Part shown: piece by piece, positions 27,445-39,302 of the stretch | Numbering within the stretch: position 1 is the first letter of the stretch | How the letters are laid out: each line of letters begins with the position of its first letter | DNA from: the human T2T-CHM13v2.0 reference genome, Homo sapiens | Length of the DNA stretch: 64,000 nt | Strand: one strand, 5' to 3' | Assembly (NCBI RefSeq): GCF_009914755.1 | Contig: NC_060940.1 | Notes under the pieces: model-generated | Seen by the model: only the letters and a program-made list of their open reading frames with translations | Told to the model about the DNA's origin: nothing | Database searches by the model: none | Translations under genes and position numbers: made by a program

Positions 27445-27896
27445 ATTTAAAGTAATAAAAATTTGAAACTACAGTTGATTTAGTACATGGTTTGCTGGTT
27501 TATTTCTTTAAAAATAAACAACAGCAACAAAACCCAAATTAATGCCCGGTCAGTGATGCAGTCAATGAAGAGAGCATTAAAGACCGTGTGCTTTAAGAAA
27601 TAGTTTTAGAGGGGAGTTTTACATCAATGTCACATGAGGAAACTACCACTTATGCTCACTAATGGGAATGTTCTTCCAGTCTCTTTACCCCAGGTAGAGG
27701 TGCAACATTTTGCATCAACAAAGTAGGCAGCATTGGCCTTGAACAGTAAGCATTCTTGTCTTTTTTGAGAGGAAAAACAGTCTGGGCTATTTTAAAGGAG
27801 CTGTGACTCATGGGGGCATGATGGAGTTTCTGGAAGTGTGGTCTCCTGGGTAGCTAAATCCAAATCCCTGGAATACTGGCTAAAGACAGCTACCTG

Positions 27897-28222
27897 GGCC
27901 GGGCGCGGTGGCTCACGCCTGTAAGCCCAGCACTTTGGGAGGCCGAGGCAGGCGGATCACGAGGTCAAGAGATCAAGACCATCCTGGCCAACATGGTGAA
28001 ACCTCGTCTGTACTAAAAATACAAAAATTAGCTGGGTATGGTGGTGCACACCTGTAGTCCCAGCTACTTGGGAGGCTGAGGTAGGAGGATTCGCTTGAAC
28101 CTGGTAGGTGGAGGTTGCAGTGAGCCAGATTGCGCCACTGCATTCCAGACTGGTGACAGAGTGAGACTCCGTCTCAAAAAAATAAAAAAACTAAAATAAA
28201 TAAAAATAAAAAATAAAAAAAG
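27897..28222 (+). mobile_element. AluSc-like in intron 2
   Basis: GGCCGGGCGCGGTGG...GGATCACGAGGTCAAGAGATC; TSD AAAGACAGCTACC. Confidence 0.9.
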
Positions 28223-28373
28223 ACAGCTACCGAGACCCAACCTCCCTTCCCCAGTGAGAATCTTGAGGGGCAAGGCCCAGGAATCTGCATTTTCACAAGC
28301 TTCCCAGGGGCAGGGGGTTGGTATATGCATTAAGCCTGAGAACACTTGCTGTGGTGGGGAAACTGTTGGGTTG

Positions 28374-28613
28374 GAAGTGGGTACAGCTGGCATTTAATCC
28401 CAGACTGGGTGGCCTTGGGAAAGTTACTTACCTCTTGGAATTGCATTTTCCTGAAGTGGGTACAGCTGGCATTTAATCCCAGACTGGGTGGCCTTGGGAA
28501 AGTTACTTACCTCTTGGAATTGCATTTTCCTGAAGTGGGTACAGCTGGCATTTAATCCCAGACTGGGTGACCTTGCGAAAGTTACTTACCTCTTGGAATT
28601 GCATTTTCCTGAA
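28374..28613. repeat. 79-bp x3 tandem repeat (MIR-derived) in intron 2
   Basis: Units start at 28374, 28453 and 28532 and are near-identical. The core TGACCTTGGGAAAGTTACTTACCTCT resembles the MIR core. Confidence 0.93.
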
Positions 28614-29488
28614 TGGGATCGGGATGTCCCTACAGATCTCCTATCATTTTAGGCTGGAGGACACTGCCTGATTTTTCCTGAAACCGAAGATAATTCTCAT
28701 CTGACTGTGGTTACCTCCTAGTTGGTGTGTCTGTATTCCAATTTTGCAAGCTTAAAATCTGTCCATTCACCTGTCTTATTTTTTTAAAATCTGTACTGCC
28801 CCATTCTACATTATGACTTTAAGATTTCAGCTTTGAATTTCTGGTCCTAGTTCAGATCCTAAGGTTTGGAAAAGTCAGAAAACAGATCTATTAAAAAAAA
28901 CACACACACATTAAAGGGAAAGTACTTCATTACATTTTAAACAGCACCTGGGGGGAAAAGTCTAGAATAAATGCAAAAATGCAAAACAAAATTTCTATTA
29001 AAAGTAACAGGGCGATGGATGACCATTTTGACTTTTTGCAAATGTTCCCTTTTCATGCTAAATTTTAGGGGTTGATCTGAAAAAGCAACAACTTGTTCTT
29101 TGTTTTGAACGCTCTGGTGAAACCATATGCAACTTCCTCTTTGTGCTGTGTAAACCTCAGGTGTCTCCAGCTCTTCAGCCAGGCAAGGGCTTGGCTAAAA
29201 GGTGCACTCCAGGGTTGGAGGAGCCTTCAGCCTGGGTTCGACTTCTGACTCAGCTGTATGAACCTGGGGGACCCCCTCCCTGGCTTGGGTCTTTCCACAT
29301 CTGGTCCCCAGATGTGAAAAGACTCAAGACATCTGATTGGAGTCTCTTTGGGTCCTGAAATTGAATGAGAGTTGATGGCCAACAAAGATTCATGGGAAGG
29401 GAAGGATGTGTGGGGTCCTGGTCATGGTGACGGATATTTGTGATTGGAGTCGGCCATGAATTTAATGTGCTTCTGTTTCTTTCTTCAG

Positions 29489-29672
29489 GCCTGGGCAGTT
29501 TTTAAAGGGAAGTTTAAAGAAGGGGACAAAGCTGAACCAGCCACTTGGAAGACGAGGTTACGCTGTGCTTTGAATAAGAGCCCAGATTTTGAGGAAGTGA
29601 CGGACCGGTCCCAACTGGACATTTCCGAGCCATACAAAGTTTACCGAATTGTTCCTGAGGAAGAGCAAAAAT
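29489..29672 (+). CDS. IRF8: IRF8 exon 3 (DNA-binding domain, C-terminal half)
   Basis: Acceptor TTCTTCAG|GCC; AWAVFKGKFKEGDKAEPATWKTRLRCALNKSPDF...EEEQK; donor T|GTAACT; 184 nt. Confidence 0.98.
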
Positions 29673-32068
29673 GTAACTATCCTTTATGGGCATGAAACCT
29701 TCCAGAAGCTGCCCTGGCCTGTAGCCTTCACCACAGAACTTGGGTCTGGGGTAGACACAGGGTCTGGGGCACATAGTTTCAGTTAAACAAAGCAGTTCTC
29801 TCCTTCGTGTAAGCAGAAATTGAGATCTCTTTCCAGTGACCTCAGAGGGAAGGGCGGAGGAGATTGGGTGCTGCCCAACCTGTGCCCCACTTGCTGCCTG
29901 ACCACAGACATTTGTAGGGCCTCCCTGGACAGGAACAAGCATCCTCCAGCAGTTTCTGATGAGGAATCCTTTCATTTTCCAGCAGCTTGCAGAGGAGGCC
30001 AGGGGAAAATATGGTGACCACAGAAGGCCTGGATCATGAGGGTTGGGAGTAAAGCTCTCAGATGAAGTTGTCAAAGATGGCACCATGGCCTTCGTTGTTG
30101 GAGATGGGATATGCCTCAGTGTGTTACTAGATCCTGATTGTTATTTGGGAACTCCGGGATGTGATCATTCCTGAGGTTTCTTCCAGCTCTCAAATCCCAA
30201 GAAAGCATTTGTGACAGATTAAAGCAGGACAGCAAAAACATGCCGCACCCTGGTCCTACATCACTAAAATAAATCCCAAAGTACTGAGCTGGGATCTGGC
30301 CTCAGAAGGCTTCTCAAAGCCCTGTGCTGTGCCGCTGCCATGAATTGTAGCTGATTTATGAGATAAAACCTAATTACCAGCGCTGGTTTAGAACATGCTT
30401 TTAACACATTGATTTTCTTAGCCACTTGATGAGGCTTTTAGAATAACCCACTCTGGCTTTCTCCTTCTAAGCTTCTGAGTAGTCCACGAATGCCTGTAAG
30501 AAACAGAAACCCCCAAAACTTCTTGGGGCTGTGCAGAAGTTTGAAGTTTGCACTCTTCCCGCTGTGGGGGTGTTGACTTAGAATTTTTTAAGAAGTTAAA
30601 ATGGTGATTCAAACAAATCTATAGTGAATCTGTGTCAGAGAGTTGTGTAATCGTCATGAAGGAGGCAGCATGATGGTAAAGATGGTGGACAGAGAATCCG
30701 AGGTGCTGGTGAATGTGGCCCATGAACGAGAAAGCTGAGCCAAAGCCGATGCCCGACCCGGACAGTACAATTGCGGTTTGGGGCGTTTGTAGCCTAATCG
30801 TCTGCAATTAGCACCTAACTCTACTGAGCGTGAACCCTAGTCAATACTAAATAGTAAGGCCAACAAACTGACCTTCCCTTGGAGAATCGGGTGCCCTTTA
30901 GGAGGAAACCTCTATATAATAGTCTGGGGTGACCCTGAAAGGCTAAGCAGTCATCTTTTTGCCTCATTTCCCAGTTTTGGACAATTTTTTTTATCACCAA
31001 AAAGTAAAGTGTGATTTGAAGGAATAGAGAAGTTTCTTTTGGCCCCTACTGCCACCCCCAAGATCAGTCAGGCTTGAACCGGCAGGTGACCCCAACTTGT
31101 TTATAGCATGGGGTGCAGCCAGCATCACCTGCTAGTGATGTTAAAGAAGCAGCAGGAGGTTCTCAGGGGTGAAGCAATGTAGCATTTGCATAATTGCCTA
31201 CAGGGGCCCACTCGCCTCTAACCTCAGTGGTTTGCAGGCTCCATGGTGGGCGCCCCACCTGCTCCCTACTTCCCCATCAGTAGCTTCTCAGTGAATTCTT
31301 TAATCTATCGAAATGGAATCAAAATTCAGCCAGGAGGAAACAGTGGGTAAATTCTGTAGGTCACTGGGAATAATGAATTTTTGTAAGTGTTGGTTGTGAT
31401 ACGTCTCACACTGATAAACTTCATAAGGTAAGTTGTCGACTGAGGAAGCGGCATGAGAAGGGAAAGAGCAGAGGCTGGCCCAGCGTGCCCCTGTGGACAC
31501 TGTGCACCTTTAGGCGGTTTGTGATTACGGCTGGTGCCCACTGGGCATCAGTGAGGGTGCTGCGGTGTGTGTGTGTGCATGGCTGTGTGCACTGATGCAC
31601 ATGTGTATATTTGGAAAGGCCAAAAAGAGATTTCCTGCCAACTGGCAATACAAAAAAGACCCCAACCTGCCAACACGTTTTGCCAGGAAATCGGTGAGTG
31701 TTTTCAAATGCCCTGTCTTATAAATGTAACCTTCTTAAGTTAGCAAATGCTTGCTGTAAAGTATATCTGATACAGACTCATTTTGGATCTCAGAAAATAG
31801 AAGAAAGAGACCAAAGTGCTGTCTTTATCCTTTAAAAGTGTTAGCAGAAACAACCACCACCACCACCACCACCAACTTCTCTCTTTTGACTTTGCTGATC
31901 AGATGACTGAAGCATGGGAAAAAAATTCTGTGCCTTTCCCAAACCAATGAAGACACTCACTAACTTAATGTTTCCTTAAACTCAGCATTTACAGAGTAGA
32001 TTATGGCTTCAGCAAAGGCTGTGATGCCTCCGTGCCATGTGTCATGGTGTTTGTCTGGTTTTCTGTAG

Positions 32069-32157
32069 GCAAACTAGGCGTGGCAACTGCTGGCTGCGTG
32101 AATGAAGTTACAGAGATGGAGTGCGGTCGCTCTGAAATCGACGAGCTGATCAAGGAG
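32069..32157 (+). CDS. IRF8: IRF8 exon 4
   Basis: Acceptor TTCTGTAG|GC; KLGVATAGCVNEVTEMECGRSEIDELIKE; donor GAG|GTAAGC; 89 nt. Confidence 0.97.
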
Positions 32158-33629
32158 GTAAGCAGAGGCAGCATTTCAGGGGTCTGGCCCTGCCAGGAGG
32201 AGTCTCATGTCTTCTGGCAGGGAGGGGCACCGTTCTTGCTGTATGAAGGCAGCCAGACCCTCGGGCTCGCTGAGGAAGTGGCATCTCCACCTGTACAGAT
32301 CTGGAACGGAAGGACTGGCTGGGCGCCCCCTCCCCAGGCCAGCTTCTGCCGACAGGTCAACCCCTCACGCCAGATCCCTCCTTCATCCCTAGGGCTGGGC
32401 CTGAGCTGCCGGTTATGTGTCAGTGAAGTTCCTTCCAGCTCCAAACTGTTCGAACACTTTGGACAGCAGTCTTTTAAATGGCATCGTGAATTCCCTTGCC
32501 TTCCTAGCAGGCTACAGAGAACAAAATGTAAACTTTCCTTGCTGCCTGCGCTTGTCATGATGGCGGGTGTTGTTGTACCAGCTCTCATGGCTATTTGATT
32601 GCTTCCTTTTTAATGTGCAGTTTTTATTCCTTAACGGATTGGAAAGCTGGATAACCAAGCATGTTCACATTGCACATAAATTCCTAACAGGCTACAAGGG
32701 AGAGCATAATCGGGGCCTCCTTAGGCAAGAATACATGGCTTTTGTATACCCATTTCAGCTATTGGGATGCCCTTTTCTTCTGTCTTTGGCCTCTTAACTA
32801 TGCTTTTCATGGGTATTACAAGGTGGACATTTGCATGACTAAACCTCGTGCAGCCTTTGCAAAAGGTTGTGTGTGAGTACTGCATAAATTCTTCTTCTTA
32901 ATAACATAGCAATAATGGAATCCTTAAGAGTAGCTTGGCTGTCAGAGAATGAAGATAACAGAATGTAACCTACCCGAACGGCCTTGCTCTTCTGCACAGG
33001 CAGCTGCCAAGTGTCTGGGTGGTCTTTGGCAGCCGACTGAGTGAATTCTTGGCTTCGTGGCCCTCCACCAATGTCCTGTTTTCTGTAGAAGGCTTTTCTG
33101 CTGACTCAGCTGAGAGAGTGAGATAATCGGATTGCCACACCGGGGTCACAAGAAAAGCAATTTCAAAACATTTCATAATTGGATTTATCAGCCTCCTTTA
33201 AGGAATGGGCCAGAGATTGAACATCTGCATGTGGCTCGTTGAGCGAGATTCTTGAAAGCATGGCAGCCTTTGGCCAGCATCACTGTTCACTGGTGTCTCA
33301 GAGCTTGTCTGCGTGTCCAGGGCGTTGAGGGCAATTGGATAATCTGGAACACTGGGTCTGCAACAGGCAGGTCGTGGAAAGGGCCAAGAAACTTATTAGT
33401 GGCCCCCAAAGAGCCTAGTAATTTGGCCACATGGTTTGAATGCTAAGCCTGGTAGATTTAAGGCCTAGGGCCTTTCAGGTTGCAAAGTGAAACTTGACTT
33501 TTGTCTCCTGAGATAAAGGTGACAATATGGTTTTACTTACACATGAACTGTTCATTTTTACAAACACTGGAGCCCCAGGTGGGAGATCAGTGACTGAGCT
33601 GCCCTCCTCTCCCTCCCCTGACTGTGCAG

Positions 33630-33735
33630 CCTTCTGTGGACGATTACATGGGGATGATCAAAAGGAGCCCTTCCCCGCCGGAGGCCTGTCGGAGTCAGCT
33701 CCTTCCAGACTGGTGGGCGCAGCAGCCCAGCACAG
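33630..33735 (+). CDS. IRF8: IRF8 exon 5
   Basis: Acceptor TGTGCAG|CCT; PSVDDYMGMIKRSPSPPEACRSQLLPDWWAQQPST; donor CAG|GTGAGG; 106 nt. Confidence 0.97.
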
Positions 33736-34971
33736 GTGAGGGTGGGTGGCCTAGAATTGTCACCAGGCATGGCCTGAAGGGTTTACGGCATTCCACCAGC
33801 CAGGGACGGAGTGGGGGTGGTTGTTGCTATCATGATCCATGTCTCATTAAAGGTAGCTCAGCCCTGAGAGGTGAAGAACGATGGCCCTGGTTTCCCAACA
33901 TGAGGGCAGAGCCCAGCTGTGCCTTTGGCCCTGCTCTCCGCTGCTTCTCAGGAGGGCACAAGCTGCTTGTTCCCTAGGTGATGTCCATGCCAGCTCTCCC
34001 CACGCTCCTGGGAAAGTCCAGGGAAGAGGGTCTAGTGAACTTGTGTAAGGCCAGAGGGAAGATGCAGCTCTTGGCCACGCTGGCGCCCCCTCCCTGGGTA
34101 CTCCCTTAGGTCGGCCAGTCTGTTACGACATTAAGGACCCCCTCAGAACCAAAGAGAGCCCAGGGCATTTGGAGGAGAGGAGAACTCAGACCAGGAACAG
34201 GAAGTTTGTTCAGAGCCCTAGATTTGAATCCCACGCTGGGAAGTTACAGATCTTGAGCCTCAGTTTATTCATCCGTAAAACAGAGAAACCAGGACTTGCG
34301 CCATGGGGTCACGAGGGTTAAGTGAGGCATTCATCCTTTGATTCTCTTTTGATGAGCCACTCAGAACCCCCAGCTGCTTGAAATGCCCCCGCCCCCGCCA
34401 GGCCCAGGCTTCTGCAGCCGGTGAATGTGTTTGCTTCCTCCCTCGGCGTCTTCCCCCTAGCCCTACATCCCCTGTGGGAGTCTGGGAGGTGGCAGCTGGC
34501 CCCGGAGGCCTTGAAGGTTGCCAGGCCTTGGGTGTCGAGTAAGAGGTCCCTGGAAAGGCACCTCTGTCTGTGCTGCAGGAACACCATCCGGAAAGCTAGC
34601 TTGCACCCCCAGGCTCTCCCCCAGAGATAAGCCCTGGGTGGTGGGTATGCAGTCCAGTGGTATTCTGGGGGTAAGTGCTTGAGGTGGGAAGGAAATGTGG
34701 CCCCACAGTGTCACATTGACACATGGTCAGAAATCCCACAGCATAGAGGAAGTCCCCCCGACTTGCCACTCTGGTTTTCTGCATTTGTGAAACAATGGCT
34801 CTCTGCTCTGGTGGGGAAAAGCACTGAATTCAGCGGAAGCCTGTGCTCCCTGGAGCCTCTGGCACGCCATGTGCAGCCTTTTAAGGGACTTTTGGAGAAG
34901 GAGCGATTGGGGTTACTCCCTGTACACCACACCTGGGTGGCTCTGAGCTTGCTTTTCTGTTTCTCCTGCAG

Positions 34972-35019
34972 GCGTGCCGCTGGTGACGGGGTACACCACC
35001 TACGACGCGCACCATTCAG
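34972..35019 (+). CDS. IRF8: IRF8 exon 6
   Basis: Acceptor TCCTGCAG|GC; VPLVTGYTTYDAHHS; donor CAG|GTACGG; 48 nt. Confidence 0.96.
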
Positions 35020-35102
35020 GTACGGGGTGGTCCGGGCTGAGAGGGGCGTGGGCACTGTTTGAAGACAAAGCCCAGATAACCCAAGCAGGGTTGCGGGGTT
35101 TC

Positions 35103-35347
35103 GAGGATGAGCAGGACCTGGTGTGGAAGTCTAGGCCTGGTTCCAAGGATGAGCAGGACCTGGTGTGGAAGTCTAGGCTCCGTTCCGAGGATGAGCAGGA
35201 CCTGGTGTGGAAGTCTAGGCCTGGTTCTGAGGATGAGCAGGACCTGGTGTGGAAGTCGAGGCTCCGTTCCGAGGATGAGCAGGACCTCGTGTGGAAGTCT
35301 AGGCCCGGTTCTGAGGATGAGCAGGACCTGGTGTGGAAGTCGAGGCC
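35103..35347. repeat. 42-bp x ~6 minisatellite in intron 6
   Basis: GAGGATGAGCAGGACCTGGTGTGGAAGTCTAGG plus alternating CCTGGTTCY / CTCCGTTCC. Confidence 0.95.
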
Positions 35348-38300
35348 CCAATTTCTCCTCCTCACCATTTGGTCAGGAGCTGGCGAGTGGCCTCTTTTGA
35401 GGCCACTTTTCTTGGACTGGACCAGCAAGTAGACAGAGTACTCTTTGAGGCTGTAACTGTGCAGGAGAGACAGTGAGGGACAGGCCAGCGTCTGTCCCAG
35501 CGCTGCCTCTCTTTTGGGGCTGCAGGTGGAGTGGTGGAGCCTCTCAGAGCCTCATCTCAGGCTCCCCTGCCCACCACCTCTAGGTGGATGCAGCTGTTCC
35601 CATTTCGCGGGCTCAGGTAGCTTGTGTGCTCCAGACTGGGGGCCTCCCCGCGGTGGGCAGAGGTGGCCTTTGTGTGTAGTCTCAGCGGCTAAGGACCCTG
35701 GCTGCACTTCTGCCAGCTGCCCCTGGAAGTGACGCTCAGGCGTGGTGACGGCATCTTCTGAACAAGGAAGCTGGGGCATCTTCCAGCATTGGCTGGTTCT
35801 GTGGGAGGCGAGCAGCTGGTCTCATCAGATGGGCCACAGAACGTTAGGGCTGGGCCTCTGGGCAGGGGAGGAAATGGGGCAGGGATAGAAGCGTGCTGGC
35901 TGAGGACTGCATGGGACAGTTTTGTGGGTAGCAGAGGTCGGTGCTCACCCAGGCAGGAAAACTGTCGAGATGGCAATGCCCTGTCCATGAAGCTCTTGTC
36001 TATTTCCTGGCAGCCCTTTGAGCTGGGGGGTTGTTTTCACTCCGGCTTCACAGATGAGGAGACTGAGGCTGGGAGGTTCAGGATCTCATCCAGGTCGCGC
36101 AGGCCTCTGGCTGGAGCCTGTTCTTGAGGCCTCCTTGTGCCCGGCAGCCGCCATGCTCACAGGGTCTCAGTTCTGGGAGGCCTGGGTCATGAGGCTAAGC
36201 CTCCGGGCTCGCCAGCCACTGGGCTATGGCCTGGGAGTCTGCTGACCAGTGCTTTCCGGGGGCTGTGGAGTAGCCAGGCACAGAACTGAGCCATCTCGGT
36301 GAGATGCAGAGGCACAATTTGGGGAGAGCATGTCCTTGAATTAGTCCAGCAGGGTCATAGCCACTGCCTCATGCACAGAACATCCTTCTAGAAGCTGTGA
36401 GCTTTGGTACCTCTGTCCAGCCCCGCCCCCACCTCTATGTAAATCCATGCTTCAGTTTCCTTACCTGGAAAATGGGTATAATAATAATCTACCTTACAGG
36501 GTTAAATGTGCTGGTAGGTCCCAAGCCCTGGGCACAGCACCTGATATGAGCTGTGTAGACCATAGTCTGTGGTTTATAACTTCAGGAGTCTTGTCTGTGT
36601 AGATAAGCATTTGTCCTGTTACCCAGTTTCTTTAACTGGTGCTTACCTGTGCCGAGCACAAATACAAGCTCCGATAATCCTCACAGCAGCCCAGTGAGGT
36701 GGATGCTGTTTTTATCTCTACTTTGCTGATGAAAAGCTGAGGCACAGAGTGGGGAAGCGGCTTGCCCCAGGTCATCCAGCTGGGCAGCAGCTGGGCTGGG
36801 ACCGCACGTCAGGCAGGTGGGCTGCAGGGTCTGTGCTGCGGGTGTCTTTGTTGCTGCCTCTGTGGTCAGGCCGTTCCCCAGCAAGGCTGTTCTTGTGGGT
36901 GAGTGGCTCTATAAGGGCAGGGCTGGGTCGCAGCAGGCCCTTACTGTTGCAGAAGGCTCACCTGCCTCACCTTGGCAGCCCTTGGTGAGCTGCTTCTCAC
37001 CTGTCAGGTACAAGCCTGACAGCTGGAACCTTCTCTTAGCATAAGACGTTCTGGGGTGTGTGGTCACTAAGACACTCCTGCTTAGGCGTCTCTGAAGCAC
37101 TTAGCTGTTCCGGGTGAAGCTGCCAGTTCACATGACTGAGAGGTGCTGGTACCAAGATAAGGCCCCGGAAATGACAGGGCAAAGGGCCAAAGGGGTGACG
37201 GAGTTGCCTGAAGCGTTTCATTCATTTGGAACAAAGTTCGAAAGTTGCTTCAGGGTAAAGGGAGGGGAGTGTGTGGAGTCCGCAGGCAGTGCAGAAGTTG
37301 CAGACTTGGCGTGGGGGGAAGATGATGAGTGAGGAAGAGCGAGACCAGCGGGGAAGATGGTGAGCAGGGAAGAGCGAGACCAGTGCTGCCATTTCCTTCT
37401 GGGTGACCCTATCTAGGATTCAGTTTCCTGAAGTGTCAAATCAATGAGGTGGACCAGAGCTTCTGCAGCTCTAGCTTCCTACCCTGCATGATTCTAGAAC
37501 CTGCGTAACTCCAGCATGGCTGGAAATGGAGCCCGTGAATGGTGGGTTGTCAAATAATAAGGCAGGGAGCAGAGCCCAATGGGAGGGTCCAAGGAGTTCT
37601 GAGTGCCCAGCAGTGTCAGCAGGGAATGCAGATGGACTCAGGGCCTCCCCAGATGTGGTCAGCCTTGCACAACTCTAGGGGGCGCCGTGGAGTTAGGCAC
37701 CTCACAACTTGTGTGGCTCCACAAGGCAGCCTCGAACCGGTCTGGGGTACTTAGAAGGAGCTGCAAACTCACTAAGCTCATTGCTAGCGTATGTAATTCT
37801 TTTGGTTTAAGGCAATTAAAATGCAGATACCTCCCTGCATTTACATGTTATCTGCATTCCTACCTTAGATTAGTGTTTTCCAAACTTTGGTCACTTGAGG
37901 TCCAGTGTCACAATTGGTTTTCACAGCCTGGACTGTTACTAACATCATGTTTTTCCTCAAATCTTAATCTTAAAATAAAACTTAAGTTTATTTTAAATGA
38001 GAACCCACTATCATTGGCTGTAAAGGAAGACCTGTGGCACCTGGTATAAGTAGGTAATACTGTCTGGCTAGAATTGATTAAGATTGTATTTGTCTTTCAT
38101 TGAATTTGTCTTGACCTCTGACAATGCCCTGAATTTGGAGCCCTAAGTTCAGTGCCATTATTCAAAAGGGAGGTTGACAGGTGTTAGGTGTTAGAGAGCT
38201 ATCAGCACCAAACTGAGGCTTGCTTTTTGAGGTAATCAGAGGTTGGAAGAATATTGAAGATGGAATAATCTTGTGATTACATGTATCACCCCTCCCCCAT

Positions 38301-38845
38301 TATTCTGTGTGTGCCACTTTTGGGGAACCCCTGCTTTAGTTTGAGTGTTTTTCAGACTCTTTCCTGAGAACAGATTTGGATGAAGGGTTTTGCAGAGATT
38401 CTTAATCTGAAATCCAGGAAATACCAAGGGCGCTGTGAATTTGTTGAGAAAAAGATTATGTCTTTATTTTCTTTAACTTCAGGTTTAAATTGAGCATTTC
38501 CTTTTGTTATGAATGTAGGCAGCAGACCGCAGTGCCCTTGGCAGTGCCTATGAGACGGAGTATTGTCATAAGAAATGAGTTGTCGAAACATCGTTTGCCC
38601 TCAGCTTGACGTGTAAATTACAACAGTTACCAGACCTTCTCTAGACCTTGTATTTAAAGAGTCAGTGAAGAAGTACAGAGAACACTGTTGTAGTTAATAT
38701 GTTCAGTCATTGGTTTCCTTAGTCATTCTGTGTATTTATTCATGCATATAAAAACATTACTTCTACAAGCAGTACATGGATTTCCCCAGAATATCAAAGT
38801 GGTTCAAGACACACAAAGAGTTACCCGTGTAGGTGTGAGACAGAC

Positions 38846-38915
38846 TGTGCACTTGGGCAGGAGGGACCCTGTATGTCTCCCCGCAGCACCGTCATCGTGT
38901 CCCTCTTGTCCACAG
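38846..38915 (+). ncRNA. MIR6774: MIR6774, 5'-tailed mirtron hairpin ending at the exon 7 acceptor
   Basis: GGGCAGGAGGGAC pairs (with G:U) to GTCCCTCTTGTCC, and the hairpin ends exactly at the CAG acceptor. Arms ACTTGGGCAGGAGGGACCCTGTATG and TCGTGTCCCTCTTGTCCACAG match miR-6774-5p/3p as I recall them. Confidence 0.82.
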
Positions 38916-39302
38916 CATTCTCCCAGATGGTGATCAGCTTCTACTATGGGGGCAAGCTGGTGGGCCAGGCCACCACCACCTGCCCCGAGGGCTGCCGCCT
39001 GTCCCTGAGCCAGCCTGGGCTGCCCGGCACCAAGCTGTATGGGCCCGAGGGCCTGGAGCTGGTGCGCTTCCCGCCGGCCGACGCCATCCCCAGCGAGCGA
39101 CAGAGGCAGGTGACGCGGAAGCTGTTCGGGCACCTGGAGCGCGGGGTGCTGCTGCACAGCAGCCGGCAGGGCGTGTTCGTCAAGCGGCTGTGCCAGGGCC
39201 GCGTGTTCTGCAGCGGCAACGCCGTGGTGTGCAAAGGCAGGCCCAACAAGCTGGAGCGTGATGAGGTGGTCCAGGTCTTCGACACCAGCCAGTTCTTCCG
39301 AG
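38916..39302 (+). CDS. IRF8: IRF8 exon 7 (IRF association domain)
   Basis: Acceptor TCCACAG|CA; FSQMVISFYYGGKLVG...KRLCQGRVF...DTSQFFR; donor GAG|GTCTGT; 387 nt. Confidence 0.98.

Noticed and set aside
35000-35428. Minus-strand and alternative-frame repeat ORFs (LDFHTRSCSSSE, MSRTWCGS)
   Set aside because: By-products of a stop-free 42-bp unit; no independent gene structure.
37321-37385. ~35-bp two-copy duplication in intron 6
   Set aside because: Short, diverged slippage product with no evident motif or consequence.
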